Shown piece by piece: positions 58,088 to 64,000 of a DNA stretch of 64,000 nt. The notes beneath the pieces are model-generated. The model had not been told where the DNA came from. It did not search any database and saw only the letters and a program-made list of their open reading frames with translations. Numbering within the stretch: position 1 is the first letter of the stretch; every line of letters begins with the position of its first letter. Source of the DNA: Candidatus Omnitrophota bacterium. GTDB taxonomy: Bacteria > Omnitrophota > Gorgyraeia > Gorgyraeales > Gorgyraeaceae. Made by a program: the position numbers and the translations under genes. The DNA lies in contig JBHPFI010000003.1 of NCBI GenBank assembly GCA_042572045.1, forward strand, positions 6,342 to 70,341, given 5' to 3'.

Positions 58088-58651
58088 ATGCGAAAAAAAA
58101 TAGCCAGCCGGATACATGAAAGCGTATATGTAAAACAGGCCCTTTTAAAAACTCAGGTCAGCGCCATTGAAGAGCTTGCCAGGACAATGTCGCATACCAT
58201 AAAAAGAGGCAACAAGATCATAATATTCGGTAACGGCGGGAGCGCTTCTGACAGCATTCATATAGCTGCGGAGCTTGTCGGCAGATTTCACAAGGAAAGA
58301 AAGGCACTTCCTGCTGTCGCTCTGGCAGCCAACATATCTTCGCTTACTGCCCTTGGCAACGATTATGGATTTGACTATATTTTTGAAAGGCAGATAGAAG
58401 CCCTTGGAAAAAAAGGAGACCTGGCGCTGGGTATCTCCACGAGTGGAAAATCAAAAAACGTAATACGCGGGATACTAAAGGCCTCGAAGATGAAAATGAA
58501 GACAGCTGTATTAACAGGCAAGGCCAAAGAAAGACTTTCGCAAATAGCCGACATCTCTATAAAGGTGCCGTCAAATAATACGCCCCGGATACAAGAAGCC
58601 CATATCCTGATCGGACACATTGTCTGTGAAATCGTCGAAGATGCTTTATAA
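58088..58651 (+). CDS. gmhA: SIS-domain phosphoheptose isomerase
   Basis: GNGGSASDSIHIAAEL, ISTSGKSKN, EAHILIGH. Confidence 0.85.
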   Translation: MRKKIASRIHESVYVKQALLKTQVSAIEELARTMSHTIKRGNKIIIFGNGGSASDSIHIAAELVGRFHKERKALPAVALAANISSLTALGNDYGFDYIFERQIEALGKKGDLALGISTSGKSKNVIRGILKASKMKMKTAVLTGKAKERLSQIADISIKVPSNNTPRIQEAHILIGHIVCEIVEDAL

Positions 58652-59117
58652 TAAGATAAAAAATCTGCCTGAGTTGACAAAGGCCTTAAAAAACCTTAAG
58701 GTTAGAAACAAAACCATTGTATTTACAAATGGTTGCTTTGATATCCTGCACGTCGGCCATGTCAGCTATTTAACAAAGGCAAAATCAATGGGCGACGTGT
58801 TGGTAGTTGGATTAAACAGCGATTCTTGTACAAGAAAATTAAAAGGTAAGAAAAGGCCTATAGTTTCACAAAAAAACAGGGCCAAGATTCTTTCAGCGTT
58901 GAGCGCTGTGGATTTTATAGTTATATTCGATAGTCTTACCCCTTACAAGTTGATAAAGACCTTGAGGCCGGACGTGCTTGTAAAGGGCGGGGATTGGAAA
59001 ATAAAAACCATTGTCGGAGCTGATTTTGTCCGCTCTTACGGCGGCCTTGTAAAAAGCCTGCCCTATAAAGAAGGGTTTTCTACAAAAGGGCTTATTAAGA
59101 AAATAAAATCGTCTTGA
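58641..59117 (+). CDS. D-glycero-beta-D-manno-heptose 1-phosphate adenylyltransferase (RfaE domain II only)
   Basis: Cytidylyltransferase motif FTNGCFDILHVGHVSYL, RPDVLVKGGDW. Confidence 0.85.
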   Translation: MLYNKIKNLPELTKALKNLKVRNKTIVFTNGCFDILHVGHVSYLTKAKSMGDVLVVGLNSDSCTRKLKGKKRPIVSQKNRAKILSALSAVDFIVIFDSLTPYKLIKTLRPDVLVKGGDWKIKTIVGADFVRSYGGLVKSLPYKEGFSTKGLIKKIKSS

Positions 59118-59140
59118 TTGCGCGTAAGGCGCCTGAACGC

Positions 59141-59563
59141 ATGGACAAAAAAATCTTTCAAATAATAGACGCTAATTTAAACAGGACCCGGGAGGGGTTA
59201 AGGGTCTGCGAGGATATAGCTAGATTCATGATTCCCGATAAGAATTGCGCAAAGGCCTTAAAGATCATAAGGCATGCCGCAACAAAGGCGCTTTTAGATT
59301 CAAAGGACCTGTCGTTAAAAAAACTTCTACGGTCAAGGGACACAAAAAGAGACTTGCTAAAATTCGTTGATTTTAAGAAGCAACGTAATGACGGCGTTGC
59401 GGATATCTTTATGTCCAACATCGAACGCGTAAAAGAATCTCTCAGGGTACTTGAAGAATGCTGCAAGATTATAGATGAAAACGCAAGCCGTAAATATAGA
59501 AGGTTGAGATTTAATGCGTACGCTGTTGAAAAAATGGCTGTTGGAAAAATCATAGGGTCATGA
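59141..59563 (+). CDS. small protein resembling the N-terminal extension of long-form thiamine-phosphate synthases (ThiD2-like)
   Basis: IIDANLNRTREGLRVCEDIARF motif, recalled from ThiE N-terminal extensions. Overlaps the thiC start by 4 nt. Confidence 0.4.
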   Translation: MDKKIFQIIDANLNRTREGLRVCEDIARFMIPDKNCAKALKIIRHAATKALLDSKDLSLKKLLRSRDTKRDLLKFVDFKKQRNDGVADIFMSNIERVKESLRVLEECCKIIDENASRKYRRLRFNAYAVEKMAVGKIIGS

Positions 59564-60834
59564 CACAGTTAAAACTCGCAAAACTGAATAAAATATCTTC
59601 TGAGATGCGGTATATTGCTAAGCATGAAGGCATTCCTTCGGACATATTGAGAAAGCGCATTAAAGACGGCCGCATTGCGCTCATTAAAAATTCAAAAAGA
59701 GAGGCAAGGCCGTGTGCGGTTGGCGAAGGTTTGCGGACAAAAGTAAATGCAAATCTTGGCACATCCCAGGATAAGGCGCAACTGAAAACTGAGCTGAACA
59801 AGCTGCGCGTCGCCATACGCTCAGGCGCTGACACGGTAATGGATTTGAGCACAGGCGGAGACATAAAAAGGCTGCGCAGGGCTATTTTAAAACACTCGAG
59901 CGTGCCCGTAGGTACTGTTCCTGTATACCAGGCAGCTATAAAAGCGCATAAAGAAAAAGGGCATATATCCCGCATGAGGAAAGAGGATATCGTGGAGGCC
60001 TTTGAAGAACAGGCATCTGACGGCGTAGATTTTTTTACAGTCCACTGCGGAGTAACGCAAGCCACGCTTACGCTGTTAAAAAGAAAAAGGCGCCTTATGC
60101 CTATCGTCTCCAGAGGAGGCGCTTTTCTCGCAGAATGGATGATCGTGAACAAAAAAGAAAACCCGTTATATGAATATTTCGACGATATTATTGCTATCGC
60201 AAAGAAATATGACATAACATTAAGCCTTGGCGACGGCATGAGACCAGGTTCATTGATAGACGCTACTGACAGGCCTCAGATACAAGAACTTATTATTCTC
60301 GGGGAGCTGGCAGAAAGGGCAAGAAAACGCGATGTGCAGGTAATAATAGAAGGGCCCGGCCATATACCAATAGACCAGATAGAATCAAATGTACTTATAG
60401 AAAAAAAGATGTGCAACCATGCGCCTTTTTACGTATTGGGTCCTCTTGTGACAGATGTCGCGCCTGGCTATGATCACATAGTAGGGGCAATAGGCGGCGC
60501 CATGGCAGCCTTTTATGGCGCAGATTTCTTATGTTATGTGACCCCGTCAGAACACCTAAGGATACCGGATAAAAACGATATAAAAGACGGAGTTGTGGCC
60601 TCTAGGATAGCTGCTCATGTGGCTGACATAGCCAAGCGGATACCAGGCGCCCTGGATTGGGATAGAGAAATGTCAAGATGTCGTTCTGCAAGAGACTGGG
60701 AAGGCCAAATAAAGAGATCCATAGATCCCGCAAAACCAACTTATTATAGAAAATCCGCCAAGTCTAAAAATAAAGACGTATGCACGATGTGCAGCAACTA
60801 CTGCTCGATGAAAATAATGGAAAGATATCTTTAG
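59560..60834 (+). CDS. thiC: phosphomethylpyrimidine synthase
   Basis: Radical-SAM-like C-terminal CxxCxxxxC (CTMCSNYCSMK), conserved EGPGH, GDGMRPG blocks. Confidence 0.95.
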   Translation: MTQLKLAKLNKISSEMRYIAKHEGIPSDILRKRIKDGRIALIKNSKREARPCAVGEGLRTKVNANLGTSQDKAQLKTELNKLRVAIRSGADTVMDLSTGGDIKRLRRAILKHSSVPVGTVPVYQAAIKAHKEKGHISRMRKEDIVEAFEEQASDGVDFFTVHCGVTQATLTLLKRKRRLMPIVSRGGAFLAEWMIVNKKENPLYEYFDDIIAIAKKYDITLSLGDGMRPGSLIDATDRPQIQELIILGELAERARKRDVQVIIEGPGHIPIDQIESNVLIEKKMCNHAPFYVLGPLVTDVAPGYDHIVGAIGGAMAAFYGADFLCYVTPSEHLRIPDKNDIKDGVVASRIAAHVADIAKRIPGALDWDREMSRCRSARDWEGQIKRSIDPAKPTYYRKSAKSKNKDVCTMCSNYCSMKIMERYL

Positions 60835-61743
60835 ATGAGCAAAATACTCGTAATAGGCTCTGTTGCCCTGGACACCATCAGGACCTCTCTAGGCATATCA
60901 AGAGACGTATTGGGCGGTTCTGCCATGTATTTCTCGGTAAGCGCGAGCTTTTTTGCCCAAGTCAATCTTGTAGCTACGGTCGGAAAGGATTTTCCTGATA
61001 AACACAGGTCACTTATAAAATCTTTTGGCGTAAACATAAACGGGTTAGAGACAAAAGAGGGCAAGACATTTCGATGGGAAGGTTCTTACGTGGACGACCT
61101 AAACTGCGCAAAGACAATAAATACGCAACTGAATGTATTTGCTGATTTTAAGCCCGAGATACCGCGGGAATACAGAGACAGCAAATTCCTTTTTCTTGCT
61201 AACATAGATCCTGACCTTCAGCTGTTTATATTGAGAAACTTTAAGCATCGGCAATTTGTCGGATGCGATTCAATGAATTACTGGATTCAGAACAAAGGTC
61301 CGACCTTGAAGAGATTAATGAAAGAAACCTCGATTATTTTTTTAAACGACGCGGAAGCAAAACTCTTTTCCGGAGAGACCAATGTCCTTAAGGCCGGGAG
61401 GTATCTGATTTCGTTGGGGCCAAGATTTGCAATAATAAAAAGAGGCGAATACGGCGCGATTTTATTTAGCAAGGGGGTGGATACCCCTTTTTCAATACCT
61501 GCCTATCTTTTGGATACCATCTCTGACCCAACCGGCGCAGGAGATACATTCGCCGGCGGGTTTATGGGGTACATGGCTAAAACGAACAGAATAAATGACC
61601 AGATTATGCGCAAATCTCTTTTGTATGGCTCGACAATGGCTTCGTTCACCGTTGAAAATTTTAGCATTAATAGATTTCTAACGCTGAAAAGGAAAAATAT
61701 AGAGGCTAGGTACAAGCGGTTCGAAAAATCGATCACGCTTTAA
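60835..61743 (+). CDS. PfkB/ribokinase-family carbohydrate kinase
   Basis: C-terminal DPTGAGDTFAGGF motif. Starts one base after the thiC stop. Confidence 0.8.
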   Translation: MSKILVIGSVALDTIRTSLGISRDVLGGSAMYFSVSASFFAQVNLVATVGKDFPDKHRSLIKSFGVNINGLETKEGKTFRWEGSYVDDLNCAKTINTQLNVFADFKPEIPREYRDSKFLFLANIDPDLQLFILRNFKHRQFVGCDSMNYWIQNKGPTLKRLMKETSIIFLNDAEAKLFSGETNVLKAGRYLISLGPRFAIIKRGEYGAILFSKGVDTPFSIPAYLLDTISDPTGAGDTFAGGFMGYMAKTNRINDQIMRKSLLYGSTMASFTVENFSINRFLTLKRKNIEARYKRFEKSITL

Positions 61744-61805
61744 AAAATAGGGCTTTTGTCAGGGCGCGCGATTTAGGATAGCTCCTAGATCTTTATGGGC
61801 AGGCC

Positions 61806-61879
61806 GCGGGTGTAGTTCAATGGTAGAACACGAGCTTCCCAAGCTCGCAGCGTGGGTTCGATTCCCATCACCCGCTCCA
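61806..61879 (+). tRNA. tRNA-Gly (anticodon CCC), CCA encoded
   Basis: Manual cloverleaf: acceptor GCGGGTG/CACCCGC, D arm GTTC-AATGGTA-GAAC, anticodon arm CGAGC-TTCCCAA-GCTCG, T arm GTGGG-TTCGATT-CCCAT, discriminator T + CCA. Confidence 0.9.
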
Positions 61880-61888
61880 TTCAAGAAT

Positions 61889-62188
61889 ATGAAAAACGTT
61901 AAAAAGATCATTAAAAACCTGACTTCTTCCGGCTCCAAGAAAGTATTCTATGCGTCGGTAAAGTGCTCTGGGTGCGAAGAAGAGGTAAAAATAAGAATAA
62001 ACCGTCCTTCAGATTTTCAGGAAGAGTATAATCCGCATAACCCAGAACACTGTTACACAGTAAAAAAAGAGATAATCGGAAAAAAATGTTTCAACCTTAT
62101 GAAATTGACGCTCGCCCTGACAAAAAAGATAAATGTTTTATTCGCTGATGCCGAATCATGTGAATTCATGGCATTCGATAGGGAGTAA
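61889..62188 (+). CDS. hypothetical small Cys-containing (possible zinc-ribbon) protein
   Basis: 99 aa from the first ATG beyond the tRNA. CSGC...HC...C pattern; no family recognised. Confidence 0.45.
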   Translation: MKNVKKIIKNLTSSGSKKVFYASVKCSGCEEEVKIRINRPSDFQEEYNPHNPEHCYTVKKEIIGKKCFNLMKLTLALTKKINVLFADAESCEFMAFDRE

Positions 62189-62192
62189 CGTT

Positions 62193-63815
62193 ATGCCGTA
62201 TTATAGAACCGCTATCCTCAATAACCTGATACATCGCGTAAACTCCTTCTCCGAAGGGTACAGACAGAATATAGCTATCATCGGAGAGCCCTGCATAGGG
62301 AAAACCTCTCTTATAAAAAACCTTTTGTCTTCGGATAAAATAAAAAAAGATGCGGTTATACCAATATATCTTGAGATAAAAATAGAGCCTTTTGAGTTTT
62401 GCGCAAAGCGCTTTATAAAGTCAGCTCTTTTTCAACTCTTGCAATCCGATCCTCTCCTGGCAACGTCGCACGATACAGTGTTATTAATAGAAGATCTCCG
62501 CGGGCAATATCCAAAGACCGCGCAAATATGCATAAGGGTCTTGCAGGACATAGAAAAGAACAGGTTCGACGAGGCCTTTTCTTTTATGATGGATATTACG
62601 GCAACGATTTTTGAAGAGAGTAAAAAGCGATGCATACTTATTCTCGATGAATTTCACAACCTAGGCAACTTTATGCTGAAGCACCCCTTTGGAACACTTG
62701 CAAAAAAGATCATGCTGCAGAAGGGTACTATGTATCTTCTGGTAAGCTCTAAGAATACAATCTCTCAGCGGCTATTGAGTGAAAAGCTCTCAATGCTTTT
62801 CGGCAATTTTGAAAAAGTTCTTCTACCGCCTTTCGACCTTAACGCAAGCCGGTCTTTTCTTCAGGAAAACATAAAGGGGGTAACCTTCCCCCAGGCATAT
62901 CTTGACTTTATCGCGTCTTTTACAGGCAGCAGGCCTTTATATATGCAACTAATATGCGATGAGATCGAGAGGATTGTTTTTTCCAAAAAGGCCTTCCCCG
63001 AAGATTATGTCGGGCTTATAGAATGCGCGCTGACAGAGGCCATCTTTAAGAAAACAGGGACAATAAACCAGCATTTTTACAACCTTTTCTTTAAGATCTC
63101 GGATGGGAAATTATTGTCTAAAAGCGCCGCGGTCCTTATCGCGCTCTCGTCTGAAAACAAGAAACAACAGGACATCGTTAAATCTTCCAACTTGCAGGCT
63201 CGGGACGTTTCCAGGATATTGAGCAGACTGCTGGAAATGGACGTTATCGCGCGAAATGGCTCGTTCTACAGGTTTAAGGACAAGCTTTTTAGCTTCTGGC
63301 TCCAGTCTGTTTACCTGAAAAGGCTCCTGTCGTTCAGTATAGATGAATCGTTGGAAAAAAACATTTTTAAAAAAGCTGCGATGAATAAACTCAACGTGTT
63401 CATGCAAGAGCTGGAAAAAGAGCTTTCCTCAAGGGTCATAGAACTCTTCAGATTGTTCAAAAACGACGTAATACAGTTAAACGGCAGAAAGCACAAGTTT
63501 CCTTTGTTTGGCAATGTTCAAAAGCTCGAGGACAGTGCCTCTCGTAAGACAACAAGCATCCTGGCCACAGAAGGCAAGCTTAAATGGTTATGCACGATTA
63601 AAAAAGAATATGTGACAGAAAATGACATAACAGAGGCTATAAAAAAGATTGGGGAAGATAAGCAGAACAATAGGATAAATAGGCATGTGCTTGTTTCGCT
63701 TGCTGGCATAAACGAGAACGCCTATCTTTTGGCAAAAGAGGCAAAGTTCTGGGTATGGGACCCGGAGAGCCTTAATGTGTTAATGGAACTTTACGGCAAA
63801 CCGCACATAGCTTGA
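62193..63815 (+). CDS. archaeal-type P-loop ATPase (COG1672-like) with DUF234-like C-terminal region
   Basis: Walker A GEPCIGKTS, Walker B ILILDEFH, central winged-helix-like segment (QQDIVKSSNLQARDVSRILSRLLEMDVI). ATG is 5 nt after the upstream stop. Confidence 0.65.
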   Translation: MPYYRTAILNNLIHRVNSFSEGYRQNIAIIGEPCIGKTSLIKNLLSSDKIKKDAVIPIYLEIKIEPFEFCAKRFIKSALFQLLQSDPLLATSHDTVLLIEDLRGQYPKTAQICIRVLQDIEKNRFDEAFSFMMDITATIFEESKKRCILILDEFHNLGNFMLKHPFGTLAKKIMLQKGTMYLLVSSKNTISQRLLSEKLSMLFGNFEKVLLPPFDLNASRSFLQENIKGVTFPQAYLDFIASFTGSRPLYMQLICDEIERIVFSKKAFPEDYVGLIECALTEAIFKKTGTINQHFYNLFFKISDGKLLSKSAAVLIALSSENKKQQDIVKSSNLQARDVSRILSRLLEMDVIARNGSFYRFKDKLFSFWLQSVYLKRLLSFSIDESLEKNIFKKAAMNKLNVFMQELEKELSSRVIELFRLFKNDVIQLNGRKHKFPLFGNVQKLEDSASRKTTSILATEGKLKWLCTIKKEYVTENDITEAIKKIGEDKQNNRINRHVLVSLAGINENAYLLAKEAKFWVWDPESLNVLMELYGKPHIA

Positions 63816-63822
63816 TTAAGAA

Positions 63823-64000
63823 ATGAAAATCGGGATTATTTCTGATACACACATACCTATCAATAGCCGCGAGTTATCTGCGGATCTCCTGGATGCGCTT
63901 AAGGGTTGCGACCTAATACTTCATGCAGGCGATTTGATAGAGCTATCACCGCTTGAGAGCTTAAGGAAAATATCAAAAGTAGAAGCTGTTTGGGGCAATA
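63823..64000 (+). CDS. YfcE/MJ0936-type metallophosphoesterase, 5' part (truncated by the window end)
   Basis: MKIGIISDTHIP and HAGDL motifs. Confidence 0.75.
   Translation, partial: MKIGIISDTHIPINSRELSADLLDALKGCDLILHAGDLIELSPLESLRKISKVEAVWGN

Noticed and set aside
59550-60239. 229-aa ORF on the - strand
   Set aside because: It is antisense to the highly conserved 5' part of thiC and has no motifs. It is a shadow ORF.
61820-61888. N-terminal extension of the 122-aa track ORF
   Set aside because: These codons are the body of tRNA-Gly(CCC) read as protein. The CDS was trimmed to the first ATG after the tRNA (61889).
1-64000. Mobile elements, CRISPR arrays, rRNA, prophage or toxin-antitoxin genes
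   Set aside because: I looked for tandem direct repeats with spacers, transposase or integrase-like ORFs and rRNA signatures on both strands. None was seen, and every large ORF is accounted for by housekeeping or C1-metabolism families.

Overview
This is a 64-kb, moderately AT-rich bacterial chromosomal window. Every gene I can support (about 68 CDS plus one tRNA) lies on the + strand, and many neighbours abut or overlap by 1-20 nt. All calls rest on motifs read from the translations; no database search was possible.

Most of the content is housekeeping: polA, coaE, rho, rpmE, prfA-prmC, murA, rpsP-trmD-rplS-rnhB-yraN, pgsA-der-plsY, a DinG-like helicase, trpBA, rpe, lepA-lepB, tatA, rpsU, aroQ-pepP-efp-accBC, pfk, gmhA-hldE(C) and thiC.

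These genes surround an acetogen-type (bacterial) Wood-Ljungdahl gene set that is split into two blocks:
- Block 1 (11.2-25.1 kb): fhs-fchA-folD-metF-cooC-acsA, then a CooF-like polyferredoxin, a NuoE-like protein, a NuoF/HydB-like protein and a short HydA/NuoG-N-terminal-like FeS protein, then acsB-acsC.
- Block 2 (39.7-44.3 kb): acsV(RACo)-acsF-acsD-acsE, followed by yjbQ, an HPS-RraA fusion and a protein matching only the N-terminal half of Pta.

I saw no rRNA, CRISPR array, transposase or integrase.

The observations most worth a second look are:
- The catalytic-domain-less, Bfu/HydABC-like flavoprotein trio wedged between CODH and ACS.
- The HPS-RraA and Pta-N genes translationally coupled behind acsE.
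- Three families of short intergenic repeats or hairpins. One forms a 26-nt inverted pair bracketing a 9.8-kb block, and another marks the 3' end of both acs blocks.
- A tRNA-Gly-adjacent trio of a small Cys-rich protein, an archaeal-type ATPase and a phosphoesterase.
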